Below, piece after piece: positions 24,941 through 33,194 of a stretch of 35,931 bases of DNA (the first letter of the stretch is position 1; each line of letters begins with the position of its first letter). The DNA comes from Candidatus Omnitrophota bacterium (lineage in GTDB: Bacteria > Hinthialibacterota > Hinthialibacteria > OLB16). The stretch lies in the NCBI GenBank assembly GCA_029261095.1, contig JAJDBZ010000381.1, positions 1 through 35,931 on the forward strand, given 5' to 3'. The position numbers were made by a program, and so were the translations under genes. The notes beneath the pieces were generated by a model. It saw nothing but the letters and a program-made list of their open reading frames with translations. It made no database searches and was not told the DNA's origin.

Positions 24941-27864
24941 GATCCTTCTCCTTTGAGGTAACCGATCAGATCCGCCAAATCTTGGCGGGACATATTCTTT
25001 TCCAGTTCCTGAGGCATCAGCGACAGGTTGGTTGAATAGATGTCTTCAATATCAGACCGAAGAATGGTTTCTTGCTCTCCTTTGGCTCGGCGGATGGTGA
25101 TGCTGGTCGGGGTTTCAGAGGCGATCAGTCCGGTCAGGACATCTCCATCGACTGTCTCGACGACGTAGTTGGTAAAACTCGGGATAGTCTCGTGATTCGG
25201 GATGAGGATGTGAAGGAGCAACGATTCTTTCGGCTGAGTCCGGATTCCTGTCAGGTCAGGTCCGACCTCTGCCCCTTCCCCATCCAGGAAATGGCACTGG
25301 GCGCAATGCACCTTGAACATCTCGAAACCTTGTTTGGGATCGGCATTCAGGTCGAGGACCGACTTGTAATCCTCAAAAACCTTTTTTCGATCAGGGTTCT
25401 TGATCCCCTCAAAAATCTTCTTGGCCCGCGATTGGATCTCCGCATTCGAACTCTTGAGCAGACGGTTTCGTTGGAGGGGTTCGATGGATGTGGATTGGAT
25501 GTCACCCTTCTCGAGCGCGGTTAGAAAAACGGGTAGGTGGTGCCCCCGGGTCACCACACTGGAGATAATAGTATCGCGCACCGGCGGAGTGAGCCCTCTC
25601 CAACGGTCGCCATCGGATAAAAATTGTCCGACTTCCCCTTCGGGCTTCCTTGCTAATGCCTTCGTGGACGCGATCTGGAGATCTTGTGGAACGAAGGGGC
25701 TGACCAGGTCGAACAATGACTGGCCCACTTTCTGAAACGAGGAGTATTGGAGGAAATCGACTCCTGCCAATCGTTCCTCCATAGGCGCCTCCGAGTCCTC
25801 GGCGACCTGTCTCGCCGATTCAAGCAGTTCCTGTATTCTCGAGGCTGTCTCGACATCATCTCCTGCTAGAAACACAAGGAGATCGGAGTGACCTCGGGCT
25901 TCAGGTTTTTTCTGGAGCGGTTCCAGAAGTCCGAGAATCGCGACTCGTTCCCAGGCCGCATCTTCAGGAGCAGTGGAGACGGTTACTTGGGAGGCGCGTT
26001 TTCGAATTCCTTCCAGAGACTCTTGATTCCCGAGGATGCCACAGAGTGAACGGAGAAACTCTGCCCGGCCTGGACTGCTCAGGTCGTCCCAGTCAAGTGA
26101 CAGTGAAAGCAGTTCACCTGATTTGTCCCCGAGCGAGGAGAGGACAGCGGCCCTTGTCCAAGGATCTTCGACACCGCGTTCCGCGATCGTCGCTAAGGCC
26201 TTCGTCTTTCCATCCAGATCGAATGCGCCGAGGGTCAGCGCGGCTTGGAAACGGACACGATGATTGGAATCGGTTGAAAGCGCGAGGATCCTTTCACTGA
26301 GGGCATCGCTGGCAATCGAGGGGTGGCGTTCTGCCAGGATCAGAGCATTCTCTCTCACACCTGGGTGCGCATCCGCAAGGGCTTCAAGCATTTCACTCTC
26401 GGTCAATGAGTCGAATCGTTCCAGCAACCAAAGTGAAAGGACTCTCCCCTGGGGCGTCGCCGCTTTTCCCACCAGTTCTTTCACTTCACTTACCCATTCA
26501 TCGGGTTCTCTTTCGATTAGTAGTCTTTGCGCCGTCTCTCTCCACCATGAGTTCGGATTATCCAAGAGCTCGGTGAGCTGAGCGGTTGTCATCTCAGCCG
26601 GAAACTTCTCCGGAATAGAAGAGGCGCCTCCGGAACTGTTGGATTTGAAACGATAAATCCTTCCGAGGTCCTTGCCCGTATCGAAGTCTGTGATTTTGCG
26701 GATAGATTCGGGGAGATACGTTGGATGCTCGATGGTTTTGCGATGCATGTCGCAGACGTAGAGCGCCCCATCCGGCCCATTCGCGAGATTGACAGGCCGG
26801 AACCAGTTGTCGGTCGAGGCCAAAAACTCAGTCTTTTCGCGCGGGCGTTCGGCAGTGTAGGAGGCTCCATGATCTTTCCTAACAGCCCGATGTATCAGAT
26901 TGCCGGTTGGATCGCAAACAAAATGGTTTCCATAGAACTCGGGGGGAAGGGCAGAGCCTCGATAGATCTGGAGGCCACAAGCGGCAGTGAAGGTGTGAGC
27001 GTGGGAAATCGCGGTTGTGATATTGTCGCTCATAGGGTAAAGACGGACCGGTTCCCCATCGCCATAAAGATCCTGAACTGTTTGGGTATATGCGAAAGAG
27101 GGATTACGGGAGAGATAATGAAAATCGACGACCACCTGTTCGGCGGGTTTCCGGTTCGAACAGACAAAACGGTGGCCGTAATCGTCGAAGGTATGCCCAA
27201 ATTGCGCTTGACCGGGGATGATCTGGACCTCGAAGGTTTCTGGATGAAACCGAAAATCGTTTCTTTGGGTCTCCACAGGTTTGCGGTCGGGAAAATTCGG
27301 AGAGGTGATGGCTCCGCCACTTAGCCCGTTGGTCAGATAAATCCAACCATCAAGGCCAACAGTCGGGTGGCTGACTCTGAGCTGGGTCGAACCGCCCTTG
27401 GAAAAACCGGTCAACCAAACCTCTCTGAGGTCGGCCTTCCCATCTCCATCGGTGTCTTTCAAAAACAACACATCGGGAGCGCATGTGACGATCACTCCAC
27501 CCTTCCATGGGAGCACTCCATTAGGGAAAGTAAAATCTTCCGCAAAAGTTGATCGCGTTTCATAGATTCCATCTCTGTTCCGGTCTTCCAATCGTGCGAT
27601 TCTCCCGGCTGGTGGTTCGCCTTCAGGGGGGCCGGATGGATATCCAATGTTTTCAACAACGTAAAGTTTCCCCCACTCGTCGAAAGCAAGGGCGACTGGG
27701 TCCAAAACCGTGGGTTCAGCGGCCACGATTTCGGCATTGATATCAGGATGAAGATGGAAATGTTTGAGGCTCTCTTCAGGAGAAACCGGGTTGGCTGCTC
27801 CGACAGATAGGTCGCAGAGAATCGTAACGATAAGGGAGAAAACAGTTGTCTGTGAAAGATTCAT
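24937..27864 (-). CDS. PVC-type heme-binding CxxCH protein (dehydrogenase-like propeller, HEAT repeats, cytochrome c)
   Basis: AAEPTVLDPVALAFD, LKDTDGDGKAD, FLASTDNWFRPV..GPDGALY, HEAT-like WWRETAQRLL and RVRFQAALTLG, CAQCH..VGPDL, SLMP. Confidence 0.9.
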   Translation of the reverse strand: MNLSQTTVFSLIVTILCDLSVGAANPVSPEESLKHFHLHPDINAEIVAAEPTVLDPVALAFDEWGKLYVVENIGYPSGPPEGEPPAGRIARLEDRNRDGIYETRSTFAEDFTFPNGVLPWKGGVIVTCAPDVLFLKDTDGDGKADLREVWLTGFSKGGSTQLRVSHPTVGLDGWIYLTNGLSGGAITSPNFPDRKPVETQRNDFRFHPETFEVQIIPGQAQFGHTFDDYGHRFVCSNRKPAEQVVVDFHYLSRNPSFAYTQTVQDLYGDGEPVRLYPMSDNITTAISHAHTFTAACGLQIYRGSALPPEFYGNHFVCDPTGNLIHRAVRKDHGASYTAERPREKTEFLASTDNWFRPVNLANGPDGALYVCDMHRKTIEHPTYLPESIRKITDFDTGKDLGRIYRFKSNSSGGASSIPEKFPAEMTTAQLTELLDNPNSWWRETAQRLLIEREPDEWVSEVKELVGKAATPQGRVLSLWLLERFDSLTESEMLEALADAHPGVRENALILAERHPSIASDALSERILALSTDSNHRVRFQAALTLGAFDLDGKTKALATIAERGVEDPWTRAAVLSSLGDKSGELLSLSLDWDDLSSPGRAEFLRSLCGILGNQESLEGIRKRASQVTVSTAPEDAAWERVAILGLLEPLQKKPEARGHSDLLVFLAGDDVETASRIQELLESARQVAEDSEAPMEERLAGVDFLQYSSFQKVGQSLFDLVSPFVPQDLQIASTKALARKPEGEVGQFLSDGDRWRGLTPPVRDTIISSVVTRGHHLPVFLTALEKGDIQSTSIEPLQRNRLLKSSNAEIQSRAKKIFEGIKNPDRKKVFEDYKSVLDLNADPKQGFEMFKVHCAQCHFLDGEGAEVGPDLTGIRTQPKESLLLHILIPNHETIPSFTNYVVETVDGDVLTGLIASETPTSITIRRAKGEQETILRSDIEDIYSTNLSLMPQELEKNMSRQDLADLIGYLKGEGS

Positions 27865-27910
27865 GGGGGGATGAGGTTAATGGAAACGAGAAAGAATTGA
27901 ACCTTGGTGC

Positions 27911-29638
27911 TTAGTCAACCAGTTCCTCTCCACCTAACTCTTGAACAAATTTGGAGAAATGCGTTATGCCGAAGTGTTCCCGCAACACGATATCGGCTAA
28001 TCCGAGTTTTTCACGGGCCGAAATGACTTTCTCTCGGTCTTTAGGAGTCAGCTCTCTTGAGTCGAGGACTTTACCCAGGGCCTGGGTCGATTCGGTCAGA
28101 GGTTCTAAAACATGGCCAGCAACTGCCTCGAATCGACCAGCCGTATTTCCGGATAAGATCCCAGACAGGCCGGTGGCCTTTGACCGAAGTTCCATCCCCC
28201 GGGAGGTGATCAAAAACTCGTGGAGATCTTTCGAATGGTCTGTCCCTACCATCTTCATAATCGCCAGAAATCGGTGAACTTTTCCGTTGATCTCCGCGAG
28301 AGAGAGTTGGATGACCGAATCGGCCAAGTAAGAGAAATCAAGACCCGAAGTCGAAAGCGCTCCGCTAATCTCAGCCGATTCATTGAGTGCAAGCGTCGTG
28401 ATGCCCGCCCTTCTGAGAAGAAGAACCAGGAGATGGACCATCTCGCGAAGTCGTTGGGAATCGTCAATTGAGGTACCCAAGTCGGAAATCGAATCAATGA
28501 CCATACAATCATAATGGTTACGGAGAATCCTGAGGGTTAGGTCTTGAACCAGCTTTTCTGGAATCAGACCGACCGGGGAAATGTATTTATAATCAAGTTG
28601 TTCTTTTTCTCGATAAGCCTTTAGATCGAGGCCGAAGGAGTCGGATGCTCCAAGAAAACGTTCTTCTGTTTCTTGGAAAGACAAATGGAAAGCACGTTTG
28701 CCGGAACTAAGGTTTGAGTGTAGAAAATGACGACCGAATGTGGTCTTCCCCGTCCCTGAGTACCCGACGAGCATGTTCAGGGATGGGGTCTCGAATCCAC
28801 CCCCAATCAGGGTGTCCAGGCCAGGCACTTCAGTCGGAATTCGGGTTGGGATAAAACATTTCGGAGCAAAGACTTTTTCAATATCGACAGGGCGGAGGTG
28901 AGGAAACACCTGAATGCCATCGGTCTGAAACTCGAATGGGTGGACCCCTGATATGTGTTTTTGCCCACGCGTTTTCCGGATTTGAATGCCGCGCTCGTTT
29001 TCGACCGCTGATGAAGACGGTTGGTTCGTCAATCTAATTGAAGCATCGACCGCATATTCCTCGAAAGAAACCGACTGCCCCGGGCCTGGATCGAGTTCCT
29101 TTACTAAGATGGTATTGACCCCTTTAATCTTGAGATTGTTGAGAATGCGATGGAGAATCTCGCGGAGTTCAGATTCTTTATTGGTGACCCGTTTGAAATG
29201 GCTGACACTGTCAATCACCAATCGTTTTGCCCCCATGTCATCGACGATCCGCCCGATCAGGTCATCCTTTCCGGAGAAACTCTCGACAACCTTTCTCGGG
29301 TCAGTCCAAATTACACGGAGTCGGTTCTCTTTTTCGAGAGCAGCGAGATCGAACCCATAGTCGGCATATTCCTGATAGATTTGTGTAGGAAACTCTTCGA
29401 ACGCCACCAGAATTCCGGGCTCGTTGTAGATCTTCGCTCCATGGTGAAGGATCTGAACGCCGACCGTGCTTTTACCGGACCCAGGAGGCCCCTCGATCAG
29501 AAGGGAGTTGGAACGATTGATCCCACCGGACAGAAGGTGATCGAGTCCCTTGATCCCGGTAGGCATCCGGCGTGCGAGAAGGTCGTCTCGTACCTTCTGG
29601 GCTCCAGTTTTAGTCTCGTGATCCCGCATTCTATTCAT
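27911..29638 (-). CDS. KaiC-like double-domain RecA-superfamily ATPase with C-terminal extension
   Basis: Domain 1: TGIKGLDHLLSGG, GPPGSGKS, FEE, LVIDS, KTRG. Domain 2: GLDTLIGGG, GYSGTGKT, FQE, MVIDS, SYLADSVI, KMVG. No kaiA or kaiB in the window. Confidence 0.9.
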   Translation of the reverse strand: MNRMRDHETKTGAQKVRDDLLARRMPTGIKGLDHLLSGGINRSNSLLIEGPPGSGKSTVGVQILHHGAKIYNEPGILVAFEEFPTQIYQEYADYGFDLAALEKENRLRVIWTDPRKVVESFSGKDDLIGRIVDDMGAKRLVIDSVSHFKRVTNKESELREILHRILNNLKIKGVNTILVKELDPGPGQSVSFEEYAVDASIRLTNQPSSSAVENERGIQIRKTRGQKHISGVHPFEFQTDGIQVFPHLRPVDIEKVFAPKCFIPTRIPTEVPGLDTLIGGGFETPSLNMLVGYSGTGKTTFGRHFLHSNLSSGKRAFHLSFQETEERFLGASDSFGLDLKAYREKEQLDYKYISPVGLIPEKLVQDLTLRILRNHYDCMVIDSISDLGTSIDDSQRLREMVHLLVLLLRRAGITTLALNESAEISGALSTSGLDFSYLADSVIQLSLAEINGKVHRFLAIMKMVGTDHSKDLHEFLITSRGMELRSKATGLSGILSGNTAGRFEAVAGHVLEPLTESTQALGKVLDSRELTPKDREKVISAREKLGLADIVLREHFGITHFSKFVQELGGEELVD

Positions 29639-29672
29639 TCCCTTCCCTTCGGGGTTTGTGCATCTCTAGCCC

Positions 29673-31391
29673 TCATGCTCGCCCCAAGAGACCGACTCTT
29701 TCGATTTCCGGCAAGCTCGAAACTCCGCTGACCACGAGATCTCTCGCGACATCTTTCAGGGGTACCATCCCTTCTTTAGTCGCAACACGTTTGATTTCAA
29801 GATTAGCTCCTCGTTCCACGATGAGCTCATGAATGGATTCCTCCACCATCAAGAGTTCGTATATCCCTTGTCGGCCGCGGTATCCCGTTCCGCCGCATTT
29901 CGCGCAGCCTTTGGGGACGTGGATCTGATTGAGGTCAGCCACCTGAAGACGGGCCTGTTCGGTTTTGGTGGGTGCTTTAGCTTCTTTGCAGTCGGCGCAA
30001 AGAACACGGACGAGTCTTTGTGCAAGAACGGCACGGAGAGCTGCAGTGAGCAAGTAGGGTTCGACTCCCATGTCGATGAGACGAGTAATTGCGGATATCG
30101 CGTCGTTGGTGTGGAGTGTGCTGAACATCTTGTGGCCGGTCAGGGCTGCCCGGCAGGCGATTTCGGCCGTTTCGAAATCTCTGATCTCACCGACGAGGAC
30201 TGTGTCCGGATCCTGCCTGAGTATCGAACGAAGTCCAGATTGGAAGGTCAACCCAGCTTTGGGATGGATTTGAACCTGTGTAATCCCATCCATTTCGTAT
30301 TCCACAGGATCCTCGAGTGTGATGATATTCGTGGATCCGCGGTCCAAACTTGCAATCGAAGCGTAGAGCGTCGTTGTCTTGCCGCTACCCGTGGGGCCAG
30401 TCACCAATATCATTCCCAGTGGGAGGTCCACAACATTCTGCCACTTTTCGAGCAATTCGGGCGGCATCTTAATGTTCTCGAGTTCGAGCAACGAATCGTC
30501 TTTGGTTAGCAGGCGGATGACGATTTTCTCTCCCCATCTTGAGGGTAAGGAAGAGACACGACAGTCGACCAGCCCTTTTATGGGGTGTTCGAAGGATGTC
30601 CGTCCATCTTGCGGAATTCTACGTTCGGCAATGTCCATTCCCGAAACAATCTTGATTCGACTGATTAATGTTGGAGTCATCTCTTCGGGAAAAAGGCATG
30701 CTACTTGAAGGATTCCATCGACCCGAAATCGGACCGTCAGTCGTTCGTTGCCCGGTTCGAAATGAATATCGGTAACATCCAAATCGGCGGCTCTTTGAAG
30801 AATCTGTTTAGAAAGGTCTGTCGCACCGATTTCCTCTTTCATGACCTCTGGGAAGAGAGGTTTCACGCCACTCTCGAAGACGTTTCCAAACAACGACTTT
30901 TTTTTGTCATCCGTGGTTTCTTTGGATTTCAGCTCTTTGGTCAGAGTGCCATACCAGCGTTGAATCGCGGCATGTATCTCGGACTGTGTGGAGACATGGA
31001 TGTCGAGTTTACATTCCGATGCGATCCTCAAATCCTCGATCGCTCGCTGGTTATCCGGACAGGCGATTGCGACCTCGAGGACTCCCGCCTCTTTTTTTAT
31101 GGGGAAGGCCTCGTACCGGCGAGCCATGCGGTCGGGTATGAGCAGTAGTGCGGAGGGTTCGGGTTTGACTTTTCTGAGATCGATTGCGGGATGAAAAAAG
31201 TAGTTTTCCAGGGTCTTGAGAATCTCTTCGTGGGTGAAAACCCCCTCTTGGAGCGCGACAGCATCGAACGGAACCGACGAACCGTTGGAGGAACCGATCA
31301 GTTCCTCTACTACGGTTGGCTCTAACAGACGCCGCTCAGTAACGATTCTCAGGAAGACGTCGTCTTCGCTGGCAACTTCGAGTGTCATCAT
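29673..31391 (-). CDS. GspE/PilB-family secretion/pilus assembly ATPase
   Basis: TDIHFEP, VRFRVDG, MDIAERRIPQDGR, Walker A GPTGSGKTTTLY, EDPVE, LRQDPD..VGEIRD, TGH..STLHTN, CADC/CAKC Zn site, GYRGRQG. Start placed at ATG 31391 because the TTG at 31436 lies inside the predicted promoter. Confidence 0.93.
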   Translation of the reverse strand: MMTLEVASEDDVFLRIVTERRLLEPTVVEELIGSSNGSSVPFDAVALQEGVFTHEEILKTLENYFFHPAIDLRKVKPEPSALLLIPDRMARRYEAFPIKKEAGVLEVAIACPDNQRAIEDLRIASECKLDIHVSTQSEIHAAIQRWYGTLTKELKSKETTDDKKKSLFGNVFESGVKPLFPEVMKEEIGATDLSKQILQRAADLDVTDIHFEPGNERLTVRFRVDGILQVACLFPEEMTPTLISRIKIVSGMDIAERRIPQDGRTSFEHPIKGLVDCRVSSLPSRWGEKIVIRLLTKDDSLLELENIKMPPELLEKWQNVVDLPLGMILVTGPTGSGKTTTLYASIASLDRGSTNIITLEDPVEYEMDGITQVQIHPKAGLTFQSGLRSILRQDPDTVLVGEIRDFETAEIACRAALTGHKMFSTLHTNDAISAITRLIDMGVEPYLLTAALRAVLAQRLVRVLCADCKEAKAPTKTEQARLQVADLNQIHVPKGCAKCGGTGYRGRQGIYELLMVEESIHELIVERGANLEIKRVATKEGMVPLKDVARDLVVSGVSSLPEIERVGLLGRA

Positions 31392-31426
31392 GTTTCCCTG
31401 TGAGTGAATACCATCCCTCAGGGTGT

Positions 31427-31456
31427 ATGATATCAAAGTTATGTCGTTTTAGTCAA
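31427..31456 (-). promoter_or_regulatory. Sigma70-type promoter of the PilB-KaiC unit
   Basis: Minus strand TTGACT-N18-TATCAT with extended TGn, in an AT-rich gap downstream of rph. Confidence 0.6.
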
Positions 31457-31493
31457 GTTACACGTAAAAGCAAATCTTGATGGATAGGCAATA

Positions 31494-32225
31494 TTAGGTA
31501 TGTTTTTTCGAATGGAGCACATTCGTTTGAATTTGGATAAGTTCGCGGATTCCTTTCTCCGCTAATCCCAAGAATTGTTCCAGTTGGTCTCGCGAAAACG
31601 TTGTGGATTCGCCAGTCCCCTGAATCTCCACGAACTCACCGTTTTCGGTCATGACCACATTCATGTCGACACCCGCCAAACTGTCCTCCGAATAGCAGAG
31701 ATCGAGGAGGGGGTTCCCGTCCACCAATCCGACACTGACCGCTGCAATTTTTTCGCGGATGGGCCACTTCTCGAAAGCACCGGCAGAATGCATCAGTTCA
31801 CAAGCCTCCCAGAAGGCCACCAGTGCCCCGGTGATCGCCGCGGTCCGTGTCCCTCCATCGGCCTGAATGACATCGCAGTCAATGTTGACAAGACGCTGGC
31901 CTAAGGCCGCAGGATCAGTGATGGCCCTTAGCGAACGACCGATAAGACGTTGGATCTCAGCGGTCCGTCCTTTCGGTTTGCCGCCATCTCGATTGATCCG
32001 GCTTTTGGAAGACTTTGGAAGCATGCCATATTCCGCAGTCACCCAGCCTTGACCATCGGGTAACCAGTTGGGTGTGCTCTCCGAAAAGCTGGCTGTACAC
32101 AGAACCTTGGTCTTTCCAAACTCGATCCAACAAGAACCCTCAGCAGTTTCGAGAAAGGACTTTTGAATCTTGATAGGGCGTAGTTCGTCTGCTAGACGAC
32201 CATCTTGGCGTGGAGTCATTGTCAT
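31494..32225 (-). CDS. rph: Ribonuclease PH
   Basis: RQDGRLADELRP, AEGS, GWVTAEYGMLP, GRTAEIQRLIGRSLRA, DCDVIQADGGTRTA, VDMNVVM, EIQGTGE. Start 32225 or 32219. Confidence 0.96.
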   Translation of the reverse strand: MTMTPRQDGRLADELRPIKIQKSFLETAEGSCWIEFGKTKVLCTASFSESTPNWLPDGQGWVTAEYGMLPKSSKSRINRDGGKPKGRTAEIQRLIGRSLRAITDPAALGQRLVNIDCDVIQADGGTRTAAITGALVAFWEACELMHSAGAFEKWPIREKIAAVSVGLVDGNPLLDLCYSEDSLAGVDMNVVMTENGEFVEIQGTGESTTFSRDQLEQFLGLAEKGIRELIQIQTNVLHSKKHT

Positions 32226-32236
32226 AGTGTCTCGGG

Positions 32237-33073
32237 TCAACCTCCAACAAATTCAAGTTCGACGGGGTTGGGGATGAGTCCTTTCTCATAGCCTTTCCGT
32301 AGAAGTGTACGGATCGCTTCTCTACCCCGGTCACCATAGTCAAGTGTCCAGTGGTTGACATACATCCCGACAAACTCATCCGCCAAATCCGCTTCCATAT
32401 CTCTTGCCCAGGACAGGGCATATTGAACCGCCTCTTCCCGGTGATCGAGCGAATACTGGATTGATTCTGTCAGTAGATCGGAAACCTCTTCCATGGTCTT
32501 CTTCCCGAAATCCTTGCGGATAGTGTTGGCGCCTAGTGGAAGGGGGAGTCCTGTATCTTCCTGCCACCAAACCCCAAGATCGACAATCAGTTTGAGACCC
32601 CTTTGGTTCCAGGTGAGTTGCCCCTCGTGAATGATGAGACCCGCATCCGATTTACCACTTTCGACATGCTCGAAAATCTGATCGAATGGGACGACCTCAT
32701 AGTCGAATTTCCCGATGCAGAGCGAAAGGGCCAGGAACGCGGTTGTCATGGTCCCGGGGACAGCAATCTTGTGGTCTGCCAGATTATCAAGAGTGATATC
32801 CTGGTTGGTGACCACCATGGGGCCATATCCATCTCCCATACTGGAACCGCTTGGAAGCAGGGCATACTTGTCCAGAACACTGGCGTAAGCATGGACACTA
32901 ATTGCGGTGATATCCAGTTCCCCTTTCATCGCTCGGCGGTTCAGGGTTTCGATATCCTGGAGGACATGTTCGAAGGAGTACCCTCTCTGGTCGATCTTGT
33001 CCTTCGCTAAGGCATAAAACATGAATGCGTCATCTGGATCGGGGCTGTGGCCCAGGGTCAAATGATGGGTCAT
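32237..33073 (-). CDS. mqnD: 1,4-dihydroxy-6-naphthoate synthase (futalosine menaquinone pathway)
   Basis: LGHSPDPDDAFMFYAL, DIETLN, GDGYGP, GLIIHEGQLT, LPLPLG, FVGMYVN. Confidence 0.92.
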   Translation of the reverse strand: MTHHLTLGHSPDPDDAFMFYALAKDKIDQRGYSFEHVLQDIETLNRRAMKGELDITAISVHAYASVLDKYALLPSGSSMGDGYGPMVVTNQDITLDNLADHKIAVPGTMTTAFLALSLCIGKFDYEVVPFDQIFEHVESGKSDAGLIIHEGQLTWNQRGLKLIVDLGVWWQEDTGLPLPLGANTIRKDFGKKTMEEVSDLLTESIQYSLDHREEAVQYALSWARDMEADLADEFVGMYVNHWTLDYGDRGREAIRTLLRKGYEKGLIPNPVELEFVGG

Positions 33074-33194
33074 GGTCGAATTTCTCTCCAAAATCTATAG
33101 AAAATCGTCAGGTGCAAAGCAGGGATAGTGCCTGAAAGGCGGAGTGATTTTAAGGGTGGGGGACCGAGCTGGATTGGAATGGACAATAAATAGT

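Noticed and set aside
27911-29638. Circadian clock kaiC
   Set aside because: No kaiA or kaiB nearby, ST phosphosite replaced by SY and domain-2 catalytic residues altered; called KaiC-like only.
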